IMG/VR virus record: IMGVR_UViG_3300032770_000001
Location: 391,709-455,708 of that record
Strand: one strand, 5' to 3'
Length of the DNA: 64,000 bases
The notes under the pieces are model-generated. The model was not told where the DNA came from, made no database searches, and saw only the letters and a list, made by a program, of their open reading frames with translations. The first letter of the stretch is position 1, and each line of letters begins with the position of its first letter. Both the position numbers and the translations under genes were made by a program. Shown one piece after another: positions 26,005 to 36,711 of this stretch.

Positions 26005-26676
26005 TTAGGTGATCGTCACCGTTGCGCTCGCGGTCAGCCCCAGAGGGTGCCCCGTCGCGTCGTAGCACGTCATGGTCAGCAGGATAGTGTGAGTCCACCC
26101 CGTGCCCTTGATGTAAATACCTGATCCAGCAGTAGTTATGCGACCGGAATCGAACGGCGGATCGATGCCGTTGTTTCCCGTAATCTCAATCTGAGCCACG
26201 TTGATGGTGTCCCAGATCAGGGTGACGGAATGTCCTGCCGTCGTGTTGCTGGGATTGGCTGCCAGAGCCGCCTGTGGCGGCAGGCTGCTGTCCCCGGTGG
26301 ACTGATAGCTCGCGATCAAAGCGAAACCGGGCACAATCGGTGCCGCCGAGACGACGGCGATGACCTGCTGTACAAATGGGTCCGGGGTTGCCGTGCAACC
26401 AATGTAGTTGGCATCACCGACGTAAATAGCCGACAGGTTGTGGAAGCCGACTGTCAGGATGGTGAGATCGAGTTCTGCCGTGGAAATTGTGCTGGTCGGC
26501 GAGAGCGGCGTCAGGTTTACGGTCCCGAGCAGGTTGACGCCATCGAAGAAATTGACCGCGCCTGATGGCGGGGCAACGTTAAACGAAGACGCCGTGACCG
26601 TGACCGTCATCGCGATCTGTTGTTCGAACTGCGACGGCGACGGCGAAACGACGAGAGTGGCGGTTGTGGATACCAT
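26005..26676 (-). CDS. Ig-like (Big_3 type) domain virion protein
   Basis: STTATLVVSPSPS...PSGAVNFFDGVNLLGTVNL...GFHNLSAIYVGDANY matches the bacterial Ig group 3 pattern. Confidence 0.8.
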   Translation of the reverse strand: MVSTTATLVVSPSPSQFEQQIAMTVTVTASSFNVAPPSGAVNFFDGVNLLGTVNLTPLSPTSTISTAELDLTILTVGFHNLSAIYVGDANYIGCTATPDPFVQQVIAVVSAAPIVPGFALIASYQSTGDSSLPPQAALAANPSNTTAGHSVTLIWDTINVAQIEITGNNGIDPPFDSGRITTAGSGIYIKGTGWTHTILLTMTCYDATGHPLGLTASATVTIT

Positions 26677-27297
26677 TTACTGTAACCCCGGCACTTTCAC
26701 GACGTACCAACCAACATTCGACGCGGCACCGACGAGTTCCTGCGTGTGCACCGTGAGGTTCTGAGTGTCAGCCGGATGCATGGCGATCACTGGACGAATC
26801 ACGTACTTGCTCAAATCAAAGCCGTTGTTGTAGGTCTGTAAAGTCGAAATTGACGATTGAAACAAAGGGTCAATTGCAGCGTACAGGTTGTGGTGTAATC
26901 CGTCATCCACCATGAGCAGATACGCCGGAGGGATGCTCTGTGGAACATACGTGACCGAAAACGTCACGATACTGGAGACGTTAATGTTATCGATAACCAC
27001 CTGCCCACCGAGCAGCGTGTACGAGATGTGGTGCAGCGAGCCATTCATGTCCGCGTAATACACGTGAACGATACCGGGACGGGAGATAGTGCCAACCCAC
27101 GCAACATTTTGAGCCAGAGAGAAAGCCGTGTTGCCGGGAACTGCCGATCCTCCGGTACTAATCATGTTGACCACGCGAAGCGATCCCGTCTCTGTGATGT
27201 AGAAAAACAGATCGGTACCGTTCAAGGTCGCATACGACTTGGAGATGAACTCCGACCCCGGCGTTACGATGAAGTATGTGTCAACAGGAATGCCCAC
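26677..27297 (-). CDS. Putative tail-fibre-associated beta-rich protein
   Basis: GTG start, AAGGGG RBS. Confidence 0.7.
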   Translation of the reverse strand: MGIPVDTYFIVTPGSEFISKSYATLNGTDLFFYITETGSLRVVNMISTGGSAVPGNTAFSLAQNVAWVGTISRPGIVHVYYADMNGSLHHISYTLLGGQVVIDNINVSSIVTFSVTYVPQSIPPAYLLMVDDGLHHNLYAAIDPLFQSSISTLQTYNNGFDLSKYVIRPVIAMHPADTQNLTVHTQELVGAASNVGWYVVKVPGLQ

Positions 27298-27306
27298 GGA
27301 GCCCCC

Positions 27307-30300
27307 TTAGATTCGGCGACCCCACTGGTAGTTGATCGAAACGTTGGTTCCAGTGATAGTCTGCACGCCGCCGTCCTGACCACCGTTCTGGAACTGTGTG
27401 AAGCCGAAGAACGGGTGCACTTTGTAGCAACCCAGCGAAGCCCCAGCCGGAGCGTTCGTCGGGTTCTGCACGGCGTACCAGTCCCACCAGCCATGAACCG
27501 CAGCACTCTCAAGGCTGCTGTACGGAGCCAGCAAGTTCGGACTCTGACTGTCTATGCTGATGTTCGCCACGTCGGTCGCGATACCAAGGCAGTTGGGATC
27601 GAACGAAGCTGCCGGAGCCGTGCCAACAGCGGCGAGGCTGTTACCCAGACGAGCCGCATCTATTGCTACCTGTGAGGCGTTGTAGTCAACCAGATAGAAC
27701 GGGCCGAACTCAGTGATTGTGTTGCTGGTCGCGGAATTGCGCCCATGCTGCACAGTCACACGAAGATTCGTGATACCAGTTTGACGGGCAAACGAGTACG
27801 CATAACCGTTATGGGCACGCCACAGCGGAGTGATTTGCGTGTAGCTAGTTCCGCCGTTGGTTGAAACTTCAAACTTCAAACCACGGCACAAATTGCGATT
27901 CTGCAAGAATTTGTAAGTTGAACCCTCAGCAGGGTTGACTTGCGAACCGTAGCTGTAAAACACCAGATCAACGAAGTTGCAGGTTGTCTGCAATACTGAA
28001 GTGCTGAGACGGAACGTGCTGACCGATGGCAAGCTGGAGTTCGTTGCCGTGATGTTCAAGCGGTAGTAACGGTACGAACCCGGTGTCGTCACATTATAGG
28101 CGTAGCCGCGTGACGCCGATACACCAGTGCGTGTATCCAGCGTAGTCCACGAGGAGTTATCATTCGAACCCTGCAACTGGAAATTCGTCGGCAGACCGCT
28201 GCTTGGGTTATCCGAAGTGTCATAAACGGTGCGGAAACCATAAGACAGAACTGTCTGAGCATTGCCGAGACCGAGATCGATTTCGAGCCATTGTGTCGGA
28301 GAGCCACTAGCCTGCCAGAACTCTTGCGGGTTATTCATGAAGGCTTTCCAGCTTGCGGTAGTCGTACCGCTTTGTGAACTGCTGGAAGCCGTGTAAGTGT
28401 TGGAGCCCACCGTCCATGAGTACGGGTTGCTGCCTGTGACGATGTTAACGTTCGCCGGAGCATAAGCATAGCTTCCGGTAGCGAATCCGTTCGGCGTCCA
28501 TACCAGAACCAGCGGTGAGGCGTCGAAGCCTACGTTAGAGCCGTCCAATTTGTTCCACGAAGCCGACGTTGTCCAGCCCTTATAAGCTGTAGTCAACGAC
28601 GCAGTGTTCGGCGTTGTGCTGGTCGGAGCAGTCCAAGTCGCACCACCCGGATCGGTGTCGATAAAGTACGGAGTGATGGCTTCTTCTTGAGCAATGGTGC
28701 GGCTATCAGTGTTGGTGAACGTCTGACCCGCGAATTGTGCCCACGAAGAGCGCAACTTACGAGCAAACTTGGTGTTGCCATAGCACATGTTCCACGTGTG
28801 GAACTCGCCGTTAGTCCATGAAGTCGAAGACAACGGGCCGAACTGTACAGCCAAACCATACGGCAGGTTGATCGTGCTGGTGTAGCCGCCAGCATACGCA
28901 CCCACAGTGTAGGGGTTGCTCGAAGCGTCGGAGAAACTGTCCGCCATTACCCAATTGCCGCCCGAATATTTCCAGTAAGTTGGCAGGAATGCCATGCCCT
29001 GCCCAGCCGCACGACCATAGGTCGCGTTTGAGGGCAAACCATCCTGTCCACCACCAGCGCAGCGCAAGAACACCATGTAATTGTCGGTCAACGAAACTGG
29101 GAACATCCACGCCCCACGGTCGAGGAACTGTCCGGAAACCGGAGTCAAATCCATCCAAGACCAATAATCTTGCTGAACGCTTTGAATCGATGGAGGATTG
29201 CTGCTGTAGCTGTTGCGTTGAATCAACGACAAGCTGGTCGGCGAACTCCAGTTAAACCCCGGAGGAGCCAAGTAAATTGGGCACGTAGCGTTGTTCGAGT
29301 GAATCGGCTGATGCGGGAAGAACGTGGTGCGGTCGGCGTTCGTCGCATAGTCACGTGCGTGCGTAATCGAGATCGGCTGCGTGGCCGGGTTGAACTGGCT
29401 CGGATTGAAGCTATCGTTCGCGAACAATGTGCTTGACGCGACAGCGGTCAACTGCGTATTGCTCAGCGAAGCCGTAGAGCCGGATACGTTGAGTGTAAAG
29501 ACCGATGCGCAATGCCAGCTACCCTGAACCAACAGGATGTTTGGAGCCACGTCATGCATGAATGCGTTGATGTCGTAGAACCAAAAATCTGGGTTCTGGC
29601 TTGGTGAAGTCGCATTGGCACCGAAGTTCGTACCGTACTGAATCGGTGAAGAACCGTTGATCTTGGACGTGTTCCATGTCGCAGCGACCGGATCGTATGC
29701 CTGCACTTGCCAGTTGACATTAGTGACTGCACCGAAAGCGTTCGATACAGTGTACGGGCCGCCGCCCGAAACGCTAACGTCCTCGCACAGAATGTAGAGC
29801 TTGCCATCGCGAGGGGAAATCATCTCGCTCAATGAACGACCGTTATGACGCCCGGTGTTTCCACTGAAGGTGATCGAACCCCATGCGCCCGTACCGATGA
29901 AGTAATTGACGACACCAATGCGAGCCGTAGCGACCAAGCCCGTCTGTGTAGTGCGCGGATCGGCTGTCATGGTGCCGTAAAGCGCCCACAGTTCGTAACA
30001 AGTCGCCGTACCTGTGTCGGAGGCGTTGGTGTAGTTGCCGACCGTTGTCGGGACTTGGAAGCTGCTTGTGGATAATCCGGTTGCCGACACCACATAGGTG
30101 ATGTTGTTAATTCCGGACTCCTGCGTGCCTGTGATGTTCACCACATCGCCAGCTTGGAAATTATTTGCTGCCGTCACAGTCAGAACGCCGCCAGTTGCGG
30201 AAGTCGCCGTGATCGGCCCGGTGATTGTGCGCGTCTTCAATGCGCCGTAAGCCTCGCCCACGTGCGCAACTGCTGGAGCATTGGTCGCGAAACTGAATGA

Positions 30301-31893
30301 ACCGGAGCCAGCCAGTTCGAGAACACCGTTGGTCTGCGTGAAATCGTAACGAGCCAGTTTGCCATCCTCAGAGAGGAAGAAGACCTGATATCCCAATACC
30401 TGCGTAGAGTTGCTGGTATAGTAAGTCGGCACAGTCGCAACACCTGCAATACGCATCGCGGTGGAGCCTGTCCACGTATCCGCAAGATCAAAGAACAAGA
30501 GCGGCACCATCGAAGACTTATTGCTCCAGATCGAGCATTTGGTGTCCATCACCAAGCCGTAATATTCTTCGTTGATGTTGAATGTCGCCGCCTGACGAAC
30601 GCGGAAGTCCGGGTTATAAACTGCAATACCACCCGAAGTTTCTCCCTGTGCGGAGTAAACACTGTGCACCGTGTTGATGGTGAATTGGGTGCTGGTTGCA
30701 GTAGCCACAGTCCAAAGCTGACCATTGAGCCACGTGTTGTTGCCGTTGGTCAAACCCTGAATGAAGACAATCTGGTTTGTCGAGAACGTATTTTTCGCAG
30801 TGACCGTAACTACGGTGCCGGATGAGGCCACAGAAGTGATTGCCGCACCCACATCACGCCCACCTGCCCAAACATATTCCTGTTGATCGTTGACGTAGGT
30901 ATACGGGTTCTGAATATTCTGACTTGAAACTACGACGCCCGTGCCGAGTGTCTGACCATCTTCCTCATACGGATAAGCGAATGAGTTGAAGCCGTTGTCA
31001 AATACTTTTGCCAAATGGAACGATAGACCACGACTGTTCAGCTTGCGCACACCTGTGATCTGGAACAGTTCGCGGTAGTTGTCGCTCGCGGCTGAGTTAA
31101 GACCGCCGCTCTGACGCAGAGGATCGCTAGTCGCCGGGTATGTCTGGCCTAAAGTATTTGGAGTTTCCGCACCCGACCACGCTGGCAACTGACCTGACAC
31201 GCTGTTGTTGTCATTAAATCCCGTCATGCGGAGCGAAGGGCGATTCTCCATGAAAAACTTCAGGCTGCCGGAGCCAGTTGACTGTGAGCCCGTGCTTGCA
31301 ATGTGGAAAATCATGTAGCTCGCAGGCATGTAGATCGAGCGTGTCAACGCCGAGGACATGTTAATGATCGAGTCTGTACCATCGGAGGGCGAAGAGTTCG
31401 AGTCTAGCCACTGATGAGCAATGTCCGCCGTCATCGGCCATGACGCTACACCATGCCCGTATACGGGTTCATAATCCGCAGATTCTCCATTTGGATCGTG
31501 GCTATAATCGGCATAGACAAGACCACCGACAAGACTCCCAATGTAGCCGTCACGAAAACCGCTCACAGCAGGCGGAACAGCGGTTCCCACGAATGCCATT
31601 GTGCGAACGAAATATCCACCGTTCGGACGCCATGCCTGACCACTGGACGTACCATCACCGGAGCCCGTTGTCTGCATGTAGCAATCGCTGCTCGGCGAGG
31701 CTGGGTTTGTTGAAGCCTGAGGATTGATGCTTCCCCATGTACTCAGAAGATGGAAGTAACGTGCGGTCTGTCCGTTTACGTTGTCCGGAATGATACCGAA
31801 TTCTGAAGCGAATGCACTGGCATTGCGTGTGACCGGAGAAGTAGCAAGAAACTGCCAGTTTAGATCGGCGATTTGATATGGGTGAATTGCCAT
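27307..31893 (-). CDS. Large tail fibre / receptor-binding protein with a discoidin (F5/8 type C)-like domain
   Basis: 1528 aa, S/T/G/N-rich; ASSSSQ...WKAF...QWLEIDLG...PTNFQLQGSNDNSSWTTLD...YRYYRLNIT. Confidence 0.85.
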   Translation of the reverse strand: MAIHPYQIADLNWQFLATSPVTRNASAFASEFGIIPDNVNGQTARYFHLLSTWGSINPQASTNPASPSSDCYMQTTGSGDGTSSGQAWRPNGGYFVRTMAFVGTAVPPAVSGFRDGYIGSLVGGLVYADYSHDPNGESADYEPVYGHGVASWPMTADIAHQWLDSNSSPSDGTDSIINMSSALTRSIYMPASYMIFHIASTGSQSTGSGSLKFFMENRPSLRMTGFNDNNSVSGQLPAWSGAETPNTLGQTYPATSDPLRQSGGLNSAASDNYRELFQITGVRKLNSRGLSFHLAKVFDNGFNSFAYPYEEDGQTLGTGVVVSSQNIQNPYTYVNDQQEYVWAGGRDVGAAITSVASSGTVVTVTAKNTFSTNQIVFIQGLTNGNNTWLNGQLWTVATATSTQFTINTVHSVYSAQGETSGGIAVYNPDFRVRQAATFNINEEYYGLVMDTKCSIWSNKSSMVPLLFFDLADTWTGSTAMRIAGVATVPTYYTSNSTQVLGYQVFFLSEDGKLARYDFTQTNGVLELAGSGSFSFATNAPAVAHVGEAYGALKTRTITGPITATSATGGVLTVTAANNFQAGDVVNITGTQESGINNITYVVSATGLSTSSFQVPTTVGNYTNASDTGTATCYELWALYGTMTADPRTTQTGLVATARIGVVNYFIGTGAWGSITFSGNTGRHNGRSLSEMISPRDGKLYILCEDVSVSGGGPYTVSNAFGAVTNVNWQVQAYDPVAATWNTSKINGSSPIQYGTNFGANATSPSQNPDFWFYDINAFMHDVAPNILLVQGSWHCASVFTLNVSGSTASLSNTQLTAVASSTLFANDSFNPSQFNPATQPISITHARDYATNADRTTFFPHQPIHSNNATCPIYLAPPGFNWSSPTSLSLIQRNSYSSNPPSIQSVQQDYWSWMDLTPVSGQFLDRGAWMFPVSLTDNYMVFLRCAGGGQDGLPSNATYGRAAGQGMAFLPTYWKYSGGNWVMADSFSDASSNPYTVGAYAGGYTSTINLPYGLAVQFGPLSSTSWTNGEFHTWNMCYGNTKFARKLRSSWAQFAGQTFTNTDSRTIAQEEAITPYFIDTDPGGATWTAPTSTTPNTASLTTAYKGWTTSASWNKLDGSNVGFDASPLVLVWTPNGFATGSYAYAPANVNIVTGSNPYSWTVGSNTYTASSSSQSGTTTASWKAFMNNPQEFWQASGSPTQWLEIDLGLGNAQTVLSYGFRTVYDTSDNPSSGLPTNFQLQGSNDNSSWTTLDTRTGVSASRGYAYNVTTPGSYRYYRLNITATNSSLPSVSTFRLSTSVLQTTCNFVDLVFYSYGSQVNPAEGSTYKFLQNRNLCRGLKFEVSTNGGTSYTQITPLWRAHNGYAYSFARQTGITNLRVTVQHGRNSATSNTITEFGPFYLVDYNASQVAIDAARLGNSLAAVGTAPAASFDPNCLGIATDVANISIDSQSPNLLAPYSSLESAAVHGWWDWYAVQNPTNAPAGASLGCYKVHPFFGFTQFQNGGQDGGVQTITGTNVSINYQWGRRI

Positions 31894-32504
31894 TATGCTA
31901 CCCCAACGATGGACAGGAAGTAGGAGACCTGAAGAATGTCAGGTGTTCCCGAACCGCCGTTACGTCCATGAATTAAAATCGATGACGGCAGAACCACGAG
32001 GGTCTGCGGAATAAAAATTGTCGGCTGTTGGTTAACCGCACCGAACTGTGCGTCCGGAATGTCTCCACCTGCGGACGATGACTGCCAACCTGTCAGACCG
32101 AGAGCTTTCAACTGAAAATCCAGCGGCAACTTTGTCCACTCGAAGAACAATTTGTGGCGTCCACCGACCGGAGTCAACGGTGCCGTGTAGGTCTGACGGG
32201 TCTGCCATTGCGGGTCGGCCCCAGTATCTACCGAGTTGTTTGCGGTTGCACAATACGGGGCATACGGATTGGTGCGATCAAATGTGAAGCCTGTCCAGTT
32301 CGTATAGCCTATAGGATCATCGGGAAGCAGGAAGCACCACGGCGCTCCACCGCCCTGCATCTGAGTGATGAAGATGTGCCCGTAAGCGCAGAGAACGTCA
32401 TCCGAGATGGCGTTATCCTTAGACCACTCGGCGACCGTCTCACCTGTCTTGCCGGAGATGACCTTAAGCTGGACTTCGTTTTCGAATTTCAATCCTTGAT
32501 ACAT
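31893..32504 (-). CDS. Putative tail/baseplate protein
   Basis: 203 aa, translationally coupled within the structural operon. Confidence 0.7.
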   Translation of the reverse strand: MYQGLKFENEVQLKVISGKTGETVAEWSKDNAISDDVLCAYGHIFITQMQGGGAPWCFLLPDDPIGYTNWTGFTFDRTNPYAPYCATANNSVDTGADPQWQTRQTYTAPLTPVGGRHKLFFEWTKLPLDFQLKALGLTGWQSSSAGGDIPDAQFGAVNQQPTIFIPQTLVVLPSSILIHGRNGGSGTPDILQVSYFLSIVGVA

Positions 32505-33539
32505 TTAGTTCCCCATCCATGCTGGCAGAGCATTGCCGCCTGTCGCTAACTCTTGCGAGAGACTCAAAGTGATCTCATCCGCACCCGCTTCATTTACAAA
32601 GGCTTGACGAACATCGAAGAAACTGAACGTGTTACCGTTGCCTGCTTCTAAAGAAGACTTCGAAAGTTGAATTGCATCATCTGGCCCCTCATTCAGGAAT
32701 GCCTCACGAGTATCGAAACCAGCGAATGCCACGCTGCTCGCATATTTCAGCGTAAGTGACTCATCCAAAAAGAGTTGAGTATTGGCGTGCTGCGTGTTTG
32801 AATCCACGGTAACGGTCGTCTGACCGGGGATTCCCTCGTTGTGGAGGACTGGATTCCATGGGTGCTGCGCGTTGACACCATCTCCCCACGTGACAGAAAA
32901 CTGGTAGCGCAGGCTGCCGACATTGCTGAACGGGAAGCTGAAGTACGGACGAACCGGAGAGCCGAGGAATGTGTTAATCGGAGTCCAGTCCTGAACAAGC
33001 ACCCATGATCCGGTGTATGGGAACGGACGTGCATAGAAACGGAAGAGAACTGAAGCGGCATTCGGCGTCGGCTGCCACGGTTCCCACGTACTAAGCTCAG
33101 ACACGGTGACCGAATAGGTGTTCGTGAATGCATCGAGGAAAAGACTTGGCTGCGGAAGCAATGGCGGATTGAAATAGTCGTCAACCACAGCGGTTGAAGA
33201 TTGGCCTTCCTGTTTCGCCGTCAGTGAGTCCTGAAGCAACTGGAAATTGTAAGTGAATGGCGTCGGTGGATTCGGACCGCCGGAAACCTGCACCGGGTTG
33301 ACCTGTGTAGGAGGCCACGTTGCGGTATCAACCACGCGGCAAAACAAATGCGATAGATATTCGAACGTTAAAATGTACTGCGTGCCGCTGTAAACCTGAA
33401 TTGATGGGCGTGCGCCCGGCCCGACAAAGTGCCAGACATCTGGGACACCCGGCTGCGTGCTGCTGACAGTCTGCGGCATCCGCGTGACGTACACGCTTCC
33501 GTTGATCTCTTTGCAAGCGAGAATGTAGGCGGCTGGCAT
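32505..33539 (-). CDS. Putative structural protein
   Basis: 344 aa, coupled; short D-x-L-T-L repeats near the C-terminus. Confidence 0.7.
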   Translation of the reverse strand: MPAAYILACKEINGSVYVTRMPQTVSSTQPGVPDVWHFVGPGARPSIQVYSGTQYILTFEYLSHLFCRVVDTATWPPTQVNPVQVSGGPNPPTPFTYNFQLLQDSLTAKQEGQSSTAVVDDYFNPPLLPQPSLFLDAFTNTYSVTVSELSTWEPWQPTPNAASVLFRFYARPFPYTGSWVLVQDWTPINTFLGSPVRPYFSFPFSNVGSLRYQFSVTWGDGVNAQHPWNPVLHNEGIPGQTTVTVDSNTQHANTQLFLDESLTLKYASSVAFAGFDTREAFLNEGPDDAIQLSKSSLEAGNGNTFSFFDVRQAFVNEAGADEITLSLSQELATGGNALPAWMGN

Positions 33540-33865
33540 TAGGTGTCCTCACCCGGCTCGATACCCGGCGTCAAGTCATACAACGGCGGATTGACGAGAG
33601 CAGTAAATGGCGGTTGTGGCATGTGATGCACCACTTGAATCACACCCTGAAGATTGAACGATTGCTGCATGAAAATCAGATAGCGATTGTTCACTGAGTC
33701 GAATGACCACGACTGCACAACCTGTAAAGAACCATCGACGTAAATTTCCAGATCGCGCTGCGGATTGAAAACACCCAGCGGACCGTCCTGCACGAACGGG
33801 CCGATGTACGGTGCCAGCGTGATCTGAAGTCGATTTGGATACGGGCCGTTGGTGATCGCCTGCAT
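33539..33865 (-). CDS. Putative structural protein
   Basis: 108 aa, TAATG overlaps on both sides. Confidence 0.7.
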   Translation of the reverse strand: MQAITNGPYPNRLQITLAPYIGPFVQDGPLGVFNPQRDLEIYVDGSLQVVQSWSFDSVNNRYLIFMQQSFNLQGVIQVVHHMPQPPFTALVNPPLYDLTPGIEPGEDT

Positions 33866-34833
33866 TATTCTTCTTCCTCTTCTTCTGGTTCCTGCTTGTA
33901 CGGCAGACCTTTGTGAAGATGCGGTTTGTGTTTCTTGTGCGCATCCTCGATCCGTTTCTGCTCACCCTCAAATAGATCGCCGATAGATTCTTCTTCCGTT
34001 TTCTGCGGAGCCTTCGGCTTGTACGCTTCGGGAAGCTCCATCCACGCTGGCTGCTTCTTCTCTTGAGGCGCAGTAGCGGGGGCTTCACGCTGCACCAGCG
34101 GCTCAGCCTGCTCTTCCAAATCTTTCTCATGGAGCATACGAGCTTCTTCTTTTTTGCGCAGAGCTTCGAGCAGCTTGTCCTGAATTTCCTTATCCTTGAC
34201 CTTCCGGATTTTCTCGATCTCCTGTTTCTTCTTCATCCGGTCTTGCTTCTTCTTCAACTCCTCCGGCGTCATGTCGCGCTCTTCCTTGTGACGCTCAACC
34301 TCACGCTCGCGAAGAATCTTCACGATGTTGTGTTGCACTGAAGGCAGGATGCGTTCGAACACCGCGTGAATGTGTTTGCAGATGACGTAGTTGCCACGCA
34401 AATCGAGACGCTCGGTCGGCGGCGACAACTCCGGTCGTGGCGTACCCAGCAGCCCGTCACGCTGGTGGAGATTCCATTGGGCTCCCCAGTACAGAAACGC
34501 GGGGCACGAGCAACTCACCTGCACATCGAGGTCTTTCGCCTGAGCCGACTCCTGCACCTTCGTAACATCGAATTGCACTCTAACATCGTGACCGTTAGGG
34601 TCGCTGTCTTCCTTGCTGCACTTCACGTTATAGTGGAGGAAGAGAGCTTTGGGGTTCGAGTCGAGCAACTTCGGCTGGCAGCCGCCACGATACTTTTTCG
34701 AGAAAGCGTTGGTCTGCCGGACGATGTCAGGCAGTGAAACTGCGGTCTTGACGGCCCGGTTCCCCACGCCATCGACCACGTCCACGGCGGCGGACAGTGG
34801 AATTGTCATTGTGACTGGGAGATTTCCGCTCAT
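33865..34833 (-). CDS. SWIM-type Zn-finger protein with charged C-terminal coiled coil
   Basis: VSCSCPAFLY...ICKHI; N-terminal leader ending in KTA. Confidence 0.8.
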   Translation of the reverse strand: MSGNLPVTMTIPLSAAVDVVDGVGNRAVKTAVSLPDIVRQTNAFSKKYRGGCQPKLLDSNPKALFLHYNVKCSKEDSDPNGHDVRVQFDVTKVQESAQAKDLDVQVSCSCPAFLYWGAQWNLHQRDGLLGTPRPELSPPTERLDLRGNYVICKHIHAVFERILPSVQHNIVKILREREVERHKEERDMTPEELKKKQDRMKKKQEIEKIRKVKDKEIQDKLLEALRKKEEARMLHEKDLEEQAEPLVQREAPATAPQEKKQPAWMELPEAYKPKAPQKTEEESIGDLFEGEQKRIEDAHKKHKPHLHKGLPYKQEPEEEEEE

Positions 34834-34846
34834 GAACGCAATAAAC

Positions 34847-34868
34847 CCTCACTGAAGAATCAGAAAGT
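34847..34868 (-). promoter_or_regulatory. Putative late promoter (ACTTT-N12-TGAGG)
   Basis: Heads the fibre operon. Confidence 0.55.
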
Positions 34869-35203
34869 CACCATCTCAGAGGACTGGGATTTCCTTCCCC
34901 GTAAAACACTATGCGGAAAGACTTTAGGCTGACAACCACGCCCAGTTCCCACAGTTGACGGGCAACCAGATGCTTCAGGTAGCGGCGGAATTGGCTGATC
35001 GTCATGCTGTCCTTCATCTGGTTGCAGTACAGGCAGGCAGGGAGCAGATTGGACATGGCATTGGTTCCGCCCCGGCTTTCAGGCAGGGAGTGATCGACGG
35101 TCAAGTCCATCAGGTCTTGTGGTTTCCAGCCACAATACCAACAACGACCGCCGCATTTGCGAACGGTTTTCCACCACTGGGTCTTACGGGTTGTGCGCGG
35201 CAC
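34868..35203 (-). CDS. HNH endonuclease
   Basis: CWYCG...TVDHSLPESRGG..NLLPACLYCNQMK. Confidence 0.9.
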   Translation of the reverse strand: MPRTTRKTQWWKTVRKCGGRCWYCGWKPQDLMDLTVDHSLPESRGGTNAMSNLLPACLYCNQMKDSMTISQFRRYLKHLVARQLWELGVVVSLKSFRIVFYGEGNPSPLRW

Positions 35204-35205
35204 GA

Positions 35206-35682
35206 TTAGACTGTCTTATCAACGATGGGCTCAGGGATTTCTACTTTGAGCGGCGGACGCTTGGACTCTTGGTCTTTCAGAGCGAGAGCCTCTTTAAGGC
35301 GCGGAGGGAAGTTCTCCTCCCCCTCGATAACGGTAGGTACGGCCTTCTTGCGTTTCTGTTCAAGTTCCTCTTTAGTCGGCTTGATCGCTTCCTTCTTCGG
35401 CTCCGGCTTAAGATCGGGCTTGAGCTTCGGCAATGAACGCTTCAACATATCAATTACGGCAGGTGCCGGAGGAGCCGGGATCGTCTGCTCGTAGATGAAA
35501 CCGTTCTTGATGAGGGCAGCCATGCCCAAAGAAGTCTGCTGGAGGGTTTTAACGATCTCGCCAGCCCGATATACCGTCAAACGGTGACTCGCGAGTTCAT
35601 GGACCAGAACGTCCCCGGAATTGACCCGGAAATTGAACTCGACGAAGTTGATCGGCGATTTAGCTATGTAGCTCTTTTGCAT
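35206..35682 (-). CDS. Hypothetical protein with Lys/Pro-rich C-terminus
   Basis: 158 aa, GGGAG RBS. Confidence 0.7.
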   Translation of the reverse strand: MQKSYIAKSPINFVEFNFRVNSGDVLVHELASHRLTVYRAGEIVKTLQQTSLGMAALIKNGFIYEQTIPAPPAPAVIDMLKRSLPKLKPDLKPEPKKEAIKPTKEELEQKRKKAVPTVIEGEENFPPRLKEALALKDQESKRPPLKVEIPEPIVDKTV

Positions 35683-36157
35683 CTACAAGGCTCCCTTCTA
35701 TGTAATACTCTGGATTTTCCGCATGAAATTGCAAATATTGCACCAACCCCAGTAACTTGGAGACACTGTCATTTACATGCCCTAAAGCTATGTTGCACCC
35801 TCCACATAAAACCCCTCGCTTTTTACCCGTTTTGTGATTGTGATCGGAGTGACCCCCACCGCTGGGAAGTTCCTTACCGCAGCCGGGATTCGCGCAACGG
35901 TAGTCCTGCGCCTTTAATTGTTTCTCACGGTCCGCCTGCTTTCTTTTCGTTTGTTGCCGCGATACTTCTCGTTGCTTCCCTAATATCACTTCTTTATTGG
36001 CTTCATAGTAATTGCGTGCCGCTTCTGAATCATGAACACGAGGTTGTCCCTGACCGCAGAGACGACAGCGAGAATACACTTTACCGTGGTCTCGAACCTC
36101 AACCATGTTTTCAGGGGTTAAAGGATGAAGTCTGTTAGAGCACAATTCAACGGACAT
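35660..36157 (-). CDS. Endonuclease VII-type homing endonuclease
   Basis: CANPGC...SDHNHKTGKKRGVLCGGCNIALG; AT-richer than its neighbours. Confidence 0.85.
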   Translation of the reverse strand: MSVELCSNRLHPLTPENMVEVRDHGKVYSRCRLCGQGQPRVHDSEAARNYYEANKEVILGKQREVSRQQTKRKQADREKQLKAQDYRCANPGCGKELPSGGGHSDHNHKTGKKRGVLCGGCNIALGHVNDSVSKLLGLVQYLQFHAENPEYYIEGSLVDAKELHS

Positions 36158-36175
36158 TTTCTTTTACGGGAAGGC

Positions 36176-36197
36176 TCCTATAAAAGAAAATGATATT
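36176..36197 (-). promoter_or_regulatory. Putative late promoter (AATAT-N12-TAGGA)
   Basis: Bipartite motif variant. Confidence 0.45.
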
Positions 36198-36204
36198 GGG
36201 AGAA

Positions 36205-36711
36205 TTACTGAGAAACTTCCTCTTCGTAATGCACGTGCCAAGGCTCCCAGTAGATGAGAGCCGCCAATTCGTACAGGAACTTGCGCTGTCCGGGCAGAAT
36301 GTAGTCGTAGGCTTCTTCTTTTAGCTTGAACCAGCTAGCCCGGTCGATTTCCGGGATCGTAAGCATCTTGCCGGAGCCCGCTGGATATTCGATCTCACAC
36401 GTGTTGCTCTTGAGCCTAGATACCTCCCATTCGCCTTCAAAGGCGAATACAGAGACCTTTTTAGTCTTGGACTGCTGGTGGGTACCCAGAAACTTCGGAG
36501 CCACTACAGACGGCGTAAAGCCCAATTCTTCCTCGAACTCGCGCATGGCGGCACCGAGGATTTCTTCCCCGTCCTCGACTTTGCCTTTGGGGATCGACCA
36601 CCAGCCTTTGTCGCGGTGCTGCCAGTACGGTCCGCCGGGGTGCACGAGGAGCACCTGCGTGCTATAAGCAGGACGCCAGCGATACATCAACAAACCTGCG
36701 GAGTGATCCAT
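36205..36711 (-). CDS. NUDIX hydrolase
   Basis: LLVHPGGP...WSIPKGKVEDGEEILGAAMREFEEELG Nudix box. Confidence 0.9.
   Translation of the reverse strand: MDHSAGLLMYRWRPAYSTQVLLVHPGGPYWQHRDKGWWSIPKGKVEDGEEILGAAMREFEEELGFTPSVVAPKFLGTHQQSKTKKVSVFAFEGEWEVSRLKSNTCEIEYPAGSGKMLTIPEIDRASWFKLKEEAYDYILPGQRKFLYELAALIYWEPWHVHYEEEVSQ

Noticed and set aside
26005-26676. Host assignment (e.g. Acidobacteria) from the Big_3 Ig domain and leaderless starts
   Set aside because: Suggestive only; these traits occur in several phyla.
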